A stretch of DNA of 64,000 nucleotides from Candidatus Bathyarchaeum sp. GTDB taxonomy: Archaea; Thermoproteota; Bathyarchaeia; Bathyarchaeales; Bathyarchaeaceae. The DNA lies in NCBI GenBank assembly GCA_020344315.1, contig CP070820.1:30682-94681 (forward strand). The letters are read 5' to 3'. The notes beneath the pieces are model-generated. The model saw only the letters and a list, made by a program, of their open reading frames with translations, did no database searches and was not told where the DNA came from. Of the stretch, positions 19,173-29,758 are shown piece by piece (positions within the stretch are counted from its first letter, which is position 1; each line of letters starts with the position of its first letter). A program made the position numbers and the translations under genes.

Positions 19173-20627
19173 ATGGTTTTGCAAGTTTTTAACACGATGA
19201 GTGGAAAGATGGAAGAGTTCAAGCCTCTCCGGGATAAGCATGTGGGAGTCTATGTTTGTGGACCCACGGTTTATGATTGGGCGCATCTAGGTCACGCCAG
19301 AACATACGTTGCCTTTGACATGATTGTTCGCTGGCTGGAGTTTAGAGGTTACTCGGTCTTCTACGTCCAGAATATTACAGATGTGGGGCATCTGACTCAG
19401 GACACGGCTGAGGATAAGATTGTGAAAAGGGCGAGAGAAGAGAGAATTGAGCCTATGCAGCTGGTGGAGGTTTACATGAGAGAATACTTCAGAGACCTCG
19501 ATTCTCTAGGCGTTAAGAGACCAGACATCTCTCCAAGAGCCACAGGCCACCTAATCGACATGATCGAAGCAATCCAGTCTCTGATAACGAAGGGATACGC
19601 CTATGAGGTTAACGGCAACGTATTCTTCGACGTATCCAAACTGGAGGACTACGGGAAACTCTCCAAAATTAAACCGGAAGCCATGCTTGAGGGCTCCAGA
19701 TTTGAGGTTCATCCGGACAAGAAGAACCCCAGAGACTTTGCCCTGTGGAAGAGGGCGGACAAGAATACTATTCTTAAGTGGTGGAGTCCATGGGGCACAG
19801 GTTTTCCCGGCTGGCACATCGAGTGTGCAATAATGGGCTTGAAGTATCTGGGAAGACAGTTTGACATTCACGGTGGCGCTCGAGACCTGATTTTTCCTCA
19901 TCATGAGAATGAGATTGCTCAGAGTGAGGCGGTGACTGGACAGAAGCCTTTTGTTAAGTATTGGTTGCACACGGGTTTTCTTACGATAAATGGAGAAAAG
20001 ATGGCTAAGTCATTGGGAAATTACGTTACTGTAAGGGATGCGCTAGAAAAGTATGATGCTGAGGCGATTCGGCTCTTTGTGTTTTCCACTCATTACAGAA
20101 ACGAGATAGATTTCACTGACAAGAAACTGAAGGATGCCGAAGCCAACTTGAGGCGGCTCTATAACACTTTGGATTCTTTGGAGGAGGCTATGGAAGTTTC
20201 GGTTGAACGGGAGCTGACTGATGGGGAGAAAGCTTTCGAGGGGAGAGCGGAGAAGCTTAGAGGCGAATTCGTGAAGGCTATGGATGAAGATTTTAACACT
20301 CCAAGAGCATTAGCTGCTCTTTTTGAGTTGTCTAAGGAGATTAACAGGTTTCTGGACGAACAAGAGCAGCTGAGCAGGAAACTTCTGAAAAAAGTCTACG
20401 ATAGTTTTTCAGAGTTGGGGAAGGTTTTGGGTCTCTTCCAGAAAGAGAAGAGTAGGGAGATTGGCGAGAAGATTGCTGATGATCTGGTGAAGCTTTTTTT
20501 TGATTTGCGAGAGGAGCTGCGTCGGAAGGGAGAGTATGAGTTGTCGGATAAGATTAGGGCAAGGATGAGGGAGTTAGGTTTGGTGATAGAGGATACTGCT
20601 GAGGGCTCCAAGTGGAAACTGAGCTGA
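19173..20627 (+). CDS. cysS: Cysteine--tRNA ligase
   Basis: [19 protein letters not shown] (HIGH-type), WHIECAIM and KMAKSLGN (KMSKS) motifs. Confidence 0.95.
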   Translation: MVLQVFNTMSGKMEEFKPLRDKHVGVYVCGPTVYDWAHLGHARTYVAFDMIVRWLEFRGYSVFYVQNITDVGHLTQDTAEDKIVKRAREERIEPMQLVEVYMREYFRDLDSLGVKRPDISPRATGHLIDMIEAIQSLITKGYAYEVNGNVFFDVSKLEDYGKLSKIKPEAMLEGSRFEVHPDKKNPRDFALWKRADKNTILKWWSPWGTGFPGWHIECAIMGLKYLGRQFDIHGGARDLIFPHHENEIAQSEAVTGQKPFVKYWLHTGFLTINGEKMAKSLGNYVTVRDALEKYDAEAIRLFVFSTHYRNEIDFTDKKLKDAEANLRRLYNTLDSLEEAMEVSVERELTDGEKAFEGRAEKLRGEFVKAMDEDFNTPRALAALFELSKEINRFLDEQEQLSRKLLKKVYDSFSELGKVLGLFQKEKSREIGEKIADDLVKLFFDLREELRRKGEYELSDKIRARMRELGLVIEDTAEGSKWKLS

Positions 20628-21805
20628 AAGATGTTTTGGATTCGGTTATTATTCGTTTCAGTGGAGAGCTGTGGCTCAAGAAGAGTTGGACCCGAAGACA
20701 GTATGAGAAACAATTAGCTAGAAACCTGAAGAAGACGTTAAAGCATTATGAGATTCCTTATAGCCAGCTTGTTCGTAGGCATGGCAGATTCTATCTGAAA
20801 ACTGGTTCAGCAGTGGAGGCGGCGCAACGGCTGGCACGTGTTTTCGGAGTCTCCTCGCTCTCTCCTGCGCTGGAGACCTCTTCTAACATTGATGATTTGT
20901 TGCATAAGGGCATGTTTCTGGCTGGCTTGGTGCTGGAGAAGGGGAACAGTTTTGCTGTTAGGTGTAAACGCGTTGGCGACCATTCATACTCTAGCGCTGA
21001 TGTTCGTAGGCTAGTTGGTCAGCGTGTTCTTGATGAGTTGGGTGAGAAGCTGGGTTTGAGGGTTGATTTGTCTAGTCCTGATGTTACTCTGGGTGTTGAG
21101 GTGCGAGATGATGAAGCCTTCGTTTACTCAGAGGTGATTGAAGGGGTTGGAGGCATGCCTCTTGGCACTCAACCGAAGCTTGTTGGGTTGTTTAGTGGGG
21201 GAATTGATTCTGCGGTGGCGTGTTGGCTGGTTATGAAGAGAGGCAGCCCAGTCATACCAGTTTATTTCGATAATTCTCCTTTCACGGATGAGACCACGAC
21301 GGAGCGAGCCTTACGGGTTGCTGAGGTTTTACATAGTTGGGCAATTGGGTTTCCCAGAAGGGTTTACGTGGTTCAGCATGGAGAAAATCTGAAACAGATC
21401 ATGGAGACCAACAGGAAATACTCGTGTTTGTTGTGTAAGCGTATGATGTATCGGGTTGCTGAGCGTTTGGCAGAACGGTTTAGGGCTGAGGGAATTGTTA
21501 CTGGGGAGGCTATTGGCGAGCAGGCTAGCCAGACCTTAACTAACCTGAAGGTGCTGAACGATGCCGTTAAGGAGTATCCTGTTCATAGGCCTCTGCTGGG
21601 TTTTGACAAGACGGAAACTGAGGCGTTGGCAAGGAAGATTGGAACATACAAGGTTTCAAGCAAGAAGGCAGGAGCCTGCACAGCAGTTCCCTACAGTCCA
21701 TCAACCAAGGCGAAGCTAGAAGAAGTACTTAAAGCTGAAGAGAAACTGAAAGTAGAAGATATGATTGAAAGGTCGTTGAAATCCCTCAAGGTTGTGGAAA
21801 TCTAG
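20612..21805 (+). CDS. thiI: tRNA 4-thiouridine synthase ThiI (THUMP + PP-loop)
   Basis: IRFSGELWLK THUMP region and the PP-loop GLFSGGIDSAVACWLVMKRG. The start is either GTG 20612 (overlapping the cysS end) or TTG 20636. Confidence 0.9.
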   Translation: METELKDVLDSVIIRFSGELWLKKSWTRRQYEKQLARNLKKTLKHYEIPYSQLVRRHGRFYLKTGSAVEAAQRLARVFGVSSLSPALETSSNIDDLLHKGMFLAGLVLEKGNSFAVRCKRVGDHSYSSADVRRLVGQRVLDELGEKLGLRVDLSSPDVTLGVEVRDDEAFVYSEVIEGVGGMPLGTQPKLVGLFSGGIDSAVACWLVMKRGSPVIPVYFDNSPFTDETTTERALRVAEVLHSWAIGFPRRVYVVQHGENLKQIMETNRKYSCLLCKRMMYRVAERLAERFRAEGIVTGEAIGEQASQTLTNLKVLNDAVKEYPVHRPLLGFDKTETEALARKIGTYKVSSKKAGACTAVPYSPSTKAKLEEVLKAEEKLKVEDMIERSLKSLKVVEI

Positions 21806-21941
21806 CATTATTTATATTAACCCGATCGTATGCTGGAAAAATGAGGCAAATGAAATGAGCGGGGTTGCTTGGATTATTGAAAAGTTGGAGCAGAGGGCTG
21901 GAAACAAAGACGTTGAATACTTTTGCGTGCAGAAATGTGCC

Positions 21942-22376
21942 TCAGCGGATTTTTTTTGTAATATCGGCGCGAAGATACTCGTAAATTCGAAGTAATTCCG
22001 GTTGAAAATTAAGGATGTCAGTTAAAGTCATTAACCCAACCAAATCTCCGTTCTTGGTTATTGGAAGTTTCTTAATTTTCTTTTTAATCATCAGGTTCAC
22101 AGCTTCTTTGAGTTTCATTTGCGGTGTTCCAACGATAAGAGGCTGAGACATAATATCACCAACTTTAGTCTTCGCGGGATCTTTTGATGCAAGTAGGACG
22201 CGTGTTAGCATATCCCGCTCGGTCACGATTCCAGCAGGTTTTCTTTGCTTCAAAACTACTAAACTTCCGATACCGTGATTGTTCATCAGTTTCACCGCGC
22301 TCTCGACAGTCATTGCCTCTTTCACGGCTACAACATCGTGCACCATGACGTCCTCAATTTTTAATTCCATAATCAC
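21942..22376 (-). CDS. CBS-domain pair protein
   Basis: Two CBS repeats (IEDVMVHDVVAV...GIGSLVV; VGDIMSQPLIVG...KLPITKNGDLVGLMT). Confidence 0.85.
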   Translation of the reverse strand: MIMELKIEDVMVHDVVAVKEAMTVESAVKLMNNHGIGSLVVLKQRKPAGIVTERDMLTRVLLASKDPAKTKVGDIMSQPLIVGTPQMKLKEAVNLMIKKKIKKLPITKNGDLVGLMTLTDILNFQPELLRIYEYLRADITKKIR

Positions 22377-22596
22377 ATCATCTGCCTATTCTGTCTGTTT
22401 CAAGCTTATATATCACATATATTACGATTTAATAAATATTGTGTGTGTATTACGACTCACCAAACATCCAAAAACACAGAGTGCACATAACACGCGCATT
22501 ACTGCACGAGGGAAAAAATTAACTGAATCGCCTTTAGACTCCAAAGCCGAGGTGCGGTAAACTCCTTAAGTGATCTCTTCCAATAGTTTTCTGCCT

Positions 22597-23496
22597 ATGT
22601 CAGCCATTGAAATTGCCGTGAGAGTCTATCGAAAACTTGAACCCGAAGATCTTCAGATACTCGAAGCCATCGAACAGCAAATGAAAAGCTACGAACATGC
22701 ACCCAAAGAAGCCATCCACAAACAAGCAGAACTAGCACCTCAAGAAGTAGACTATCGACTCCCAAGCCTAACAAAGAAAGGCTTACTCCAAGGCTGGCGA
22801 GGACAATATGTAGGCTACAGCCTCACAACACCAGGCTACGACACCCTAGCTATAAACGCCCTAGTTGAAGCAGATGTAATAGAAGCTTTCGGCAAACTCC
22901 TAGGCGTAGGAAAAGAATCAGATGTCTACGACGCCCTTACACCCACAGAACAGCAGGTAGCAATAAAATTCCATCGCCTAGGTAGAGCCAGCTTCAAACA
23001 AACCAAGCGCAAACGAGGGTACATGGCAAAATATACCTATACACCAGACTGGAACCAGCAATCCAGAATCGCAGCCAAAAAAGAGTACAAAGCCCTCAAA
23101 CTCCTCCGCCCCAAAGACGTAGCAGTTCCAAACCCAATAAAACAGAATCGCCACGTCCTAGTTATGAGCATGATAGAAGGCGCAGAACTCTACCACCACC
23201 AGAAACTGCAGGACCCACAAGCCATCCTCCAAGAAATCTTACTCAATGTAAAAAGAGCTTACCAAGACGCCCACATAATCCACGGAGACCTCAGCTCATA
23301 TAACATCATCCTCCAGCCAAACCAGCACATTCTCATAATAGACTGGCCCCAAAACGTCACCACAAAACACCCAAACGCAAAAGAACTTCTAAAGAGAGAC
23401 CTGAAAAACGTATTAACCTTTTTTCAGCGGAAACACGGACAGAAAAACAGATTGAAAGACGCCTTAACCTACGTCACTGAAGATTCTAGGAACTAG
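22597..23496 (+). CDS. rio2: RIO-type serine/threonine kinase Rio2 (N-terminal wHTH + RIO domain)
   Basis: LQILEAIE... wHTH region, then GKESDVYDA...VAIKFHRLGRASF and IIHGDLSSYNIIL...IIDWPQ. I chose the ATG at 22597 over the track's GTG at 22570. Confidence 0.85.
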   Translation: MSAIEIAVRVYRKLEPEDLQILEAIEQQMKSYEHAPKEAIHKQAELAPQEVDYRLPSLTKKGLLQGWRGQYVGYSLTTPGYDTLAINALVEADVIEAFGKLLGVGKESDVYDALTPTEQQVAIKFHRLGRASFKQTKRKRGYMAKYTYTPDWNQQSRIAAKKEYKALKLLRPKDVAVPNPIKQNRHVLVMSMIEGAELYHHQKLQDPQAILQEILLNVKRAYQDAHIIHGDLSSYNIILQPNQHILIIDWPQNVTTKHPNAKELLKRDLKNVLTFFQRKHGQKNRLKDALTYVTEDSRN

Positions 23497-23538
23497 ATTG
23501 ACGCATCCAAGACAACGGCAAGCCATGTAAGTTCAGGC

Positions 23539-23841
23539 TTATTTTTCGCGGGGCACATCTACGCAGATGTACAGGATGTTGTTTCCTCTAAGGAGGATAC
23601 TTCCATAGTTGGCGGTCAACCGATCATTAACCCGTTCGGTCGCCTTCTCCAACAACACATTCATGTGACTGTCACAGCGAACCATGGTTCCTCTATATTC
23701 AACCCCGTTCTTCAGGACAATAGCCACATAGTTATTCAACTGTTTTGTCAAAGCATTCAAAGGTTTTCTACTTGGTTCCAACGAATCACCAGCAACCAAC
23801 GCTACTAACGCAAGTAACGCTTTATAAAAGTTATGAAACAA
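23539..23841 (-). CDS. Sm-like archaeal protein (LSm/SmAP)
   Basis: Sm1/Sm2 motifs: VAIVLKNGVEYRGTMVRCDSHMNVLLEKA...GSILLRGNNILYI. The first 20-25 residues of the track ORF are probably not translated, so the true start is likely internal. Confidence 0.8.
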   Translation of the reverse strand: MFHNFYKALLALVALVAGDSLEPSRKPLNALTKQLNNYVAIVLKNGVEYRGTMVRCDSHMNVLLEKATERVNDRLTANYGSILLRGNNILYICVDVPREK

Positions 23842-23888
23842 TAGTCAAAAAAGAGCCATCTATCCCAGAAAAATGAACTAGAAGTCAC

Positions 23889-24656
23889 TTAGCCCAAAAT
23901 TTCTCTAAAGGTTTCATCAACCAACTTTGGATCCAGTTTCTCGTAGGCTTCAGTGCTGAGAACATCATACCAAAAAGCCTCTGAAACATACCCATAAACT
24001 GCTTTGTCAACTTCTAGCAGGTGCGGGAACACTTCTCCCATCAGATCTAATTCCTGCCTTTCTCCCTTCAAACGCTTCATATCCTCAAGCAATTCTCCCC
24101 TCAAGACAGAGATTCCAACGCTCACCGGTTTCTCCAAAGTAGGCTTCTCCACAAATCCAAGAATCTTCCCATCCCTATCCAGATTCGCCATACCTACTCT
24201 AACTTTAAAACCTGAGGACAACGCAACAGTGCCCCAAGCCTGTTTGGCTGCGTGATACCGTAAAAGGTCTGTTAGATTCATGTTTGTTAGAATATCTCCG
24301 TAATACACAAGCAAAGTGTCCTCAGTATTTACCGCACCGTTATTGTGGGCATTCAGCACGGAACCGCCGGTTCCCTTTGAAGAAGGATCATCCTCCACAT
24401 AGGAGATGTTTACGTTAAATCTGGAACCATTCTCAAAGTAATTTATGATCTGTTCTGCCTTGTAGTTGACCAGAAAAACCAAGTCTTTGATTCCGTGAAA
24501 ATTGAATAGGCGAACCACGTATTCTAGAAGCGGCTTCTGTTTCACTCCCAAGGGAACCATAGTTTTTTGAATATAATGTGTAAGGGGTCGAAGCCTTGTG
24601 CCTTTTCCTCCACACAGAACTATTCCCTTTATTTTGTTCAATTGAAACACTACCAA
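23889..24656 (-). CDS. Sugar-phosphate nucleotidyltransferase (NTP_transferase family)
   Basis: GIVLCGGKGTRLRPLT signature at the N-terminus. The 255-aa length fits this family. Confidence 0.8.
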   Translation of the reverse strand: MVVFQLNKIKGIVLCGGKGTRLRPLTHYIQKTMVPLGVKQKPLLEYVVRLFNFHGIKDLVFLVNYKAEQIINYFENGSRFNVNISYVEDDPSSKGTGGSVLNAHNNGAVNTEDTLLVYYGDILTNMNLTDLLRYHAAKQAWGTVALSSGFKVRVGMANLDRDGKILGFVEKPTLEKPVSVGISVLRGELLEDMKRLKGERQELDLMGEVFPHLLEVDKAVYGYVSEAFWYDVLSTEAYEKLDPKLVDETFREILG

Positions 24657-24692
24657 AACATAAGGGAAAGGAAGAGAATAACTGTTTTTCTC

Positions 24693-24986
24693 TTATTCTG
24701 TTGTGCTTTCGGACTCGATCTCTTCTATTGGTCTCGGAGGTGGAGTTGTACCCATTGTCCAGCCAATCCAAGCTCCTATTGCTAAGACAGCTACGAAAGC
24801 GATCAGAACTGGAACCGCAATCAGCCAGAATTGTATGTCGCTTGCCGATCCTATGTCGAGGTATGGTTGAATTATTTGTTCGTAACCAAAGAGCGTGACA
24901 ACGTATCCCAAGATCACTATGACGCAGACCAGAAAGATTACCCATCCGATAGCTTGATCTTTACTAACCATTCTTTCATTCACCAC
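24693..24986 (-). CDS. Small two-TM membrane protein
   Basis: Two clear hydrophobic helices and a Pro/Glu-rich tail. I preferred it over the overlapping 170-aa ORF, which has low-complexity, non-protein-like sequence. Confidence 0.5.
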   Translation of the reverse strand: MVNERMVSKDQAIGWVIFLVCVIVILGYVVTLFGYEQIIQPYLDIGSASDIQFWLIAVPVLIAFVAVLAIGAWIGWTMGTTPPPRPIEEIESESTTE

Positions 24987-25034
24987 GATGTAGCCAATTC
25001 TATCTTAAACCCTATTATAAGCTTTATTGCTGAA

Positions 25035-26291
25035 TCAGACAGTTCCAGCTTCCCAAGTAGCCAAATACCTTTTCTGTTCTTCAGTAAGCTCATCGATTTC
25101 CACGTTTATGGCCTTTAATTTCAGGCGCGCCACAAATTCATCGATCTCCGTCGGCACTCGGTAAACCTTGGGCTCCATCGCTTTCTGTTTCACCAGATAC
25201 TCAACTGACAAAGCTTGGTTTGAGAAGGACATGTCCATGACTTCTGACGGATGACCCTCTGCTGCGGCAAGATTCACCAGTCTCCCTTCAGCTAGCAAGA
25301 ACAGTTTTCTTCCATCCTTCAAACTGTACTCTTCCAGGTTTGGTCGCACAGTTCTCTTCGAGGATGATAATTTCTCCAAATCGGGTATGTTTATCTCGAC
25401 GTTGAAGTGGCCGCTGTTGGCGATTATGGCTCCATCCTTCATCTTTAACATATGTTCCTTTCGAATAACGCTCTTGTTTCCAGTGAGGGTTACGAAGATG
25501 TCTCCAATCTCCGCTGCCTTGTCCATGGGCATCACGCGAAAGCCGTCCATAACTGCTTCCAGAGCCCTTGTTGGATTCACCTCTGTGACTATAACTTGGG
25601 CGCCCATGCCCTTGGTTCGCATGGCTAGTCCTCGACCGCACCAGCCATAGCCGCCCACAACGAAATTTTTTCCCGCCAGCAGGAGATTTGTGGACCGAAG
25701 AATTCCGTCAACTGTGCTCTGTCCGGTGCCGTATCGGTTGTCAAAGAGGTATTTTGTGTAAGCGTCGTTAACGGCTATGATGGGATATTTGAGTGCGCCG
25801 TCCTTTTCCATGGCCCGCAAACGGATAACACCTGTGGTGGTCTCTTCGGTTCCTCCAGTTACTTCATCTAATGTTTCCATTCTTTCTTTATGGAGGGTGC
25901 CTACCAAGTCAGCGCCGTCATCCAGCGTGACTCGGGGCTTATAGTCAAGTACCCTGTTTATGCACCAGAAGTATTCTTCGGTTGTTTGATCGCGCCAAGC
26001 ATAGACATTTATGTCCTTCTCAGCGAGGAATGCTGCCACTTCATCTTGGGTCGAGAGGGGATTGGAGCCGCACAGGGCGACTTCTGCTCCTCCAGCCTTG
26101 AGGGTCTCTGCAAGAACAGCTGTTTCTTTGGTTACATGAAGACATGCGGCTACTGTAACGTTTTTTAGGGGTTTTTCTTGTTCAAAGCGATGTCTGATCT
26201 GGGTTAGAACTGGCATGTGCTTTGTTGCCCATTCGGCGAGGAGAGCTCCTTGAGGAGCCAAATTTTGATCTTTAACTTTGAAATCTGTCAT
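25035..26291 (-). CDS. ahcY: Adenosylhomocysteinase
   Basis: [15 protein letters not shown]...MPVL..., the NAD site GGYGWCGRG, and [10 protein letters not shown]. The ATG at 26291 removes a non-homologous 42-aa N-terminal extension in the track ORF. Confidence 0.95.
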   Translation of the reverse strand: MTDFKVKDQNLAPQGALLAEWATKHMPVLTQIRHRFEQEKPLKNVTVAACLHVTKETAVLAETLKAGGAEVALCGSNPLSTQDEVAAFLAEKDINVYAWRDQTTEEYFWCINRVLDYKPRVTLDDGADLVGTLHKERMETLDEVTGGTEETTTGVIRLRAMEKDGALKYPIIAVNDAYTKYLFDNRYGTGQSTVDGILRSTNLLLAGKNFVVGGYGWCGRGLAMRTKGMGAQVIVTEVNPTRALEAVMDGFRVMPMDKAAEIGDIFVTLTGNKSVIRKEHMLKMKDGAIIANSGHFNVEINIPDLEKLSSSKRTVRPNLEEYSLKDGRKLFLLAEGRLVNLAAAEGHPSEVMDMSFSNQALSVEYLVKQKAMEPKVYRVPTEIDEFVARLKLKAINVEIDELTEEQKRYLATWEAGTV

Positions 26292-26427
26292 CAGGCATCT
26301 CCTTTCCGTTTCTACTACATGGTGGTTCATAACTATTATTGTTGTTGTGGTTAAGCGAAATAAGAAAATATGTTTATTATATGAATTTTTGAAAATTAGA
26401 CTTTGAAGTTGGACCAATAAAGGGGGG

Positions 26428-27339
26428 TTATTTGGGTTTAGGGCGGTTAAGCTTTTTTCTTCTGTAGAACAATGCCACGAGTAACACAGCTATCACTATG
26501 GGAACCGCTATTAACACTAGTGTTAAGTCTAGGTCTGTTTGGTCAGTTGGAGTTTCGGTTGGAGACTCGGTCGGAGATTCAGTCGGAGCTTCAGTTGGAG
26601 ACTCAGTTGGAGGTTCAAATGGCCCCTCTGGAAAGATTGGCGCTTCAGTTTGAATCAGCAGAGCGTAGTCTGTAATCTGATTTGTCATTTGAGGTGTGAC
26701 ATCAATTGGAGAAACTGTGAACGAGGTAGTTTGGCCAGTGGGTAAAGACTTAGGAGTCAAAAAATTAGAGTAGCCTACCCCGATTACATGTCCCGAGGCA
26801 TTGTAGAAAGTTCCTACAATCCATAGTCTGCCTGCCGCTCGATTACCTGTGTTCCGAAGGCTTCCCATGACGGTGTAAAGACCGTCTGAACCGATTTGAG
26901 GTGCATCGCCTATAATCTCCAAGTCTGCATATTGATAAGATTCAGTTATATTAGCGTCAATGACTCCGAATGCCACATGGTCAATGCCAATTTCAACCCA
27001 AACAAAGTCACCTGAGTAGCTACTTTCGGGGTAATAGGGCATATAAAAAGGTGCCTTCTGCTGTGGAAGAATCTGGTCAGCATACACCCTTGTGTAGCTC
27101 ATTGCCCGATCTTCTCCATCCTTTGTATAAAGAACTCCCCCCAAAGTTATATTTTCGATAATGTTGGGACCCACGTTCTGCACTTCACCGACCACAATCA
27201 ACCAGCTGTAATCAGTGACGTACCAACTATAGCTCAGGAAATCAACACTTTCCGGTTGACTGAACACGTTTGGAATGAAAGTGAAAAACAGGGAGATCAC
27301 GGTAATGAGAACAAGAGAATAAACTACACATTTTTTCAT
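26428..27339 (-). CDS. Secreted protein with a (P-T-E-S)n linker and C-terminal TM anchor
   Basis: Signal peptide, a globular domain of about 220 aa, [23 protein letters not shown], then [25 protein letters not shown]. Confidence 0.65.
   Translation of the reverse strand: MKKCVVYSLVLITVISLFFTFIPNVFSQPESVDFLSYSWYVTDYSWLIVVGEVQNVGPNIIENITLGGVLYTKDGEDRAMSYTRVYADQILPQQKAPFYMPYYPESSYSGDFVWVEIGIDHVAFGVIDANITESYQYADLEIIGDAPQIGSDGLYTVMGSLRNTGNRAAGRLWIVGTFYNASGHVIGVGYSNFLTPKSLPTGQTTSFTVSPIDVTPQMTNQITDYALLIQTEAPIFPEGPFEPPTESPTEAPTESPTESPTETPTDQTDLDLTLVLIAVPIVIAVLLVALFYRRKKLNRPKPK
26543..26614 (-). repeat. Six tandem 12-nt units encoding the PTES-type linker
   Basis: The units are tcagttggagtt / tcggttggagac / tcggtcggagat / tcagtcggagct / tcagttggagac / tcagttggaggt, read on the + strand. 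They are in frame within the CDS above. Confidence 0.9.
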
Positions 27340-27434
27340 TTGAATTCCCTCCGCTCTTTAGAGACTACCAACGTTCATTTCCTTTAAAAAAGTTGTTCAA
27401 AAATAGAACCAAATCTAATTAGTGCACCCATTTT

Positions 27435-27710
27435 CTATTCAAGTCTTCTTATTATGTGGTATCCGAACTTGGTTTTGACTATTCCAGAAATTTGCCCTTT
27501 CTCGAGAGCGAAGGCAGCTTTTTCGAATTCCTTCACCATCTGTCCCCGACCAAAGGTTCCAAGGTCTCCACCCCGTTTTTTTGAGGGACAAAGTGAAATG
27601 TCCTTGGCGATTTTAGAAAATTTTTCTCCCTTCTTTAACCGTTCCAGAATTGCGTTTACTTCTTTTTCGGTTTTAACAAGGATGTGGGCACAATGAACTT
27701 TATTTGGCAT
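27435..27710 (-). CDS. Parvulin-type peptidyl-prolyl isomerase (PpiC family)
   Basis: HILVKTEKE...FSKIAKDISLCPSKKRGGDLGTFGRGQMVKEFEKAAF...GIVKTKFGYHII. The ATG at 27710 is preferred. Confidence 0.85.
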   Translation of the reverse strand: MPNKVHCAHILVKTEKEVNAILERLKKGEKFSKIAKDISLCPSKKRGGDLGTFGRGQMVKEFEKAAFALEKGQISGIVKTKFGYHIIRRLE

Positions 27711-27783
27711 AGAATCCGATAACCAGTAATGGTTTATAACAATTATGGCAAAGCGATTTTTCACGTGATTTCGTCATTACACT

Positions 27784-28053
27784 CTAGTCTGAAACTAATC
27801 TCTTCACTAGCCTTCTCGCCAATGGAATGACCAAGAGGCTTGTTGGCAAAGCCACAACAAAACCGATTGTCCATCCTTTCATAAAGCTATGAAGGAACCC
27901 TGCTGTCCATCCAACATTTATCGAGGTCATCGTGAAGGTCATCGTTGAATCCAAAGCCAACGTCATAAATAACGCCATCAGTAACCCAGAATATTTCTTG
28001 TTGAATTTCAAATCTGCCAACCATCCCTTCAGACATTTCTTCCTCATTATCAT
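27784..28053 (-). CDS. DUF2798-like small membrane protein
   Basis: Pattern KKYSGLLMALFMTLALDSTMTFTMTSINVGW...GWTIGFVVALPTSLLVIPLARRLV resembles DUF2798. Confidence 0.5.
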   Translation of the reverse strand: MIMRKKCLKGWLADLKFNKKYSGLLMALFMTLALDSTMTFTMTSINVGWTAGFLHSFMKGWTIGFVVALPTSLLVIPLARRLVKRLVSD

Positions 28054-28108
28054 CCCATGTTAGGTTTTAAACTGTTACTTGTTAGTCAGGCTTAAATATG
28101 AAGAGTAC

Positions 28109-28219
28109 TTTCTTTGTTGTAAGGTGTAGGGGAGCTGGGGGTACCCGGCTGAGAGGATGACTACATTGGTCATCGACCCTAGGAACCTGATCCAGGTAAT
28201 GCTGGCGGAGGGAAAAGAA
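28109..28219 (+). promoter_or_regulatory. TPP (THI-box) riboswitch
   Basis: GGGGAGC-UGGGGGUACCCGG-CUGAGA-[GAUGAC UACAUUG GUCAUC]-GACCCU-AGGAACCUGAUCCAGGUAAUGCUGGCGGAGGGAA matches the THI element core (CUGAGA, ACCUGAUC.GG.UAAU.C..GCG.AGGGAA). The 5' boundary is uncertain. The 3' GGAGGGAAAAGAA abuts the thiT start. Confidence 0.85.
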
Positions 28220-28747
28220 TTGAATGAAAGTAAACGAAAGTTTTCAACAAAAATAATAGCAGAAATTGTAGTGTTTGTGGCTCTTGCCACAGTTCTCAGT
28301 CACATCAAAATTTTCAGTCTCCCACAAGGCGGGTCTATAACCGCCGCTTCGATGGTGCCAATTCTATGGCTAGCTCTAAGAAGAGGGCCAAAGATAGGGC
28401 TATTCTCCGCTGCAGTGTATGGTTTAGTCCAGTTTGCAGTGGATATACCTTACATCGCCCATCCAGTCCAAGTAGTGCTTGACTATCCCATTGCCTTTGG
28501 TATGCTTGGAGTCGCAGGCTTCTTCCAGAAACGCCCCTTCATCGGCGTGAATCTGGGTGTAATTGGACGGTTTCTAGCGCATTTCATTTCAGGCTTCGTA
28601 TTTTGGGCTGCGTACGCGCCAGAAGGATTGAGTCCCGTAATTTACTCTGCCATATATAACGGAAGCTACTTGATACCTGAACTTGCGATAAGTGTCTACA
28701 TAGTTTATCTATTGTATGAGAGCAAAGTTTTGAATGTCTACTTGTAA
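28220..28747 (+). CDS. thiT: Thiamine transporter ThiT (ECF S-component-like)
   Basis: Six-TM protein with SLPQGGSITAASMVPILWLALRRGPKIG. The TTG at 28220 is chosen because the track start (28157) lies inside the riboswitch. Confidence 0.75.
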   Translation: MNESKRKFSTKIIAEIVVFVALATVLSHIKIFSLPQGGSITAASMVPILWLALRRGPKIGLFSAAVYGLVQFAVDIPYIAHPVQVVLDYPIAFGMLGVAGFFQKRPFIGVNLGVIGRFLAHFISGFVFWAAYAPEGLSPVIYSAIYNGSYLIPELAISVYIVYLLYESKVLNVYL

Positions 28748-28774
28748 GCTTCACACTTCTTTATACTCGTCTAT

Positions 28775-29626
28775 TCAGTTGCGTTTCAGGAATTCTTCTA
28801 GGCCCTGCTGATTTCTCCTTGTCTTGCCAACAGTGATTTGTTTGCCTATTCTAAGGTGCATTCCGTCAAAAGCGGCTACGGTGGGAACTCCGGTTTTCTC
28901 TTCGATCAGTTTAACCTCACGGGCTGGTCCACTATAGAGCATCTTCATTCCGAAGTGGGTGGCTACAACCAATTCAGGCTCTATCTCCTCCACGATTTTA
29001 GCAGCATCCCTGGGAGTCATGTGTCCTTTCCAAGGGCTTCCCAAGGGTCTCATGACACAGATGAGGAGGAGCCTAACTCCCCGGTATCCTTCTTCAATGC
29101 CTTCAAAATATTCTGTGTCCGCAGTGTATCCTATGGCTCCGACCTCCGGTATATCGAATCTGAAACCAACGGCTTCAGGGTCAGTGTGTCTGGTCTCTGT
29201 GGCAACTACATTGCTGTTGCCAACTCTGAAGTTGACACCTGGCTTCACCTCTATCACCTCTCTGGTCATCCTCTGATGGTACGTGGAGATCGCTGGTCCG
29301 GTTTCCATGTTTCCACTTAAGATGTTAGGCGGAGCAGCCACGATTCCCCGTTTCTTGAGCATGCCTCGGGTCATGGCCTCTATTAAAACCTCCGCGTTGG
29401 TGTAGTGGTCTGGGTGACGGTGGGAAACCAGCACTGCACGGATATTCTGAGGATTCAAATCTGCTTCTAAAGAGTAGATTAGTGCTCCTGGACCTGGATC
29501 CATGTGGAGGTTGAGGGTCTTGGATAAGATGCGGATTCCTCCGGTTCTTCTTTTTTGGGTTATGGTGGCGAATCTTCCGCCTCCTGTTCCCAGAAAGACT
29601 AATTCAATTTCATTCATGCTTTTCAC
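28775..29626 (-). CDS. MBL-fold metallo-hydrolase
   Basis: LVFLGTGGG...LVSHRHPDH motif set. Confidence 0.75.
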   Translation of the reverse strand: MKSMNEIELVFLGTGGGRFATITQKRRTGGIRILSKTLNLHMDPGPGALIYSLEADLNPQNIRAVLVSHRHPDHYTNAEVLIEAMTRGMLKKRGIVAAPPNILSGNMETGPAISTYHQRMTREVIEVKPGVNFRVGNSNVVATETRHTDPEAVGFRFDIPEVGAIGYTADTEYFEGIEEGYRGVRLLLICVMRPLGSPWKGHMTPRDAAKIVEEIEPELVVATHFGMKMLYSGPAREVKLIEEKTGVPTVAAFDGMHLRIGKQITVGKTRRNQQGLEEFLKRN

Positions 29627-29758
29627 CGGAGGGAGTGGTCTATTTCTTGGTAGAGAATATGTTGGCGAATCGTTATTAAGGCATTTGAATCTGAAAAAGG
29701 GTAGAGAAGGTTATATTGTTAGTTTGCGTGAACTATGGAGGAATGGAGGGTTTAGTGT

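Noticed and set aside
24433-24945. 170-aa reverse-strand ORF.
   Set aside because: It overlaps both the nucleotidyltransferase N-terminus and the better two-TM ORF in other frames. Its composition is Arg/Ser-rich and low complexity.
28157-28219. N-terminal 21 codons of the thiT track ORF.
   Set aside because: They overlap the conserved core of the TPP riboswitch (ACCUGAUCCAGGUAAUGCUGGCGGAGGGAA).
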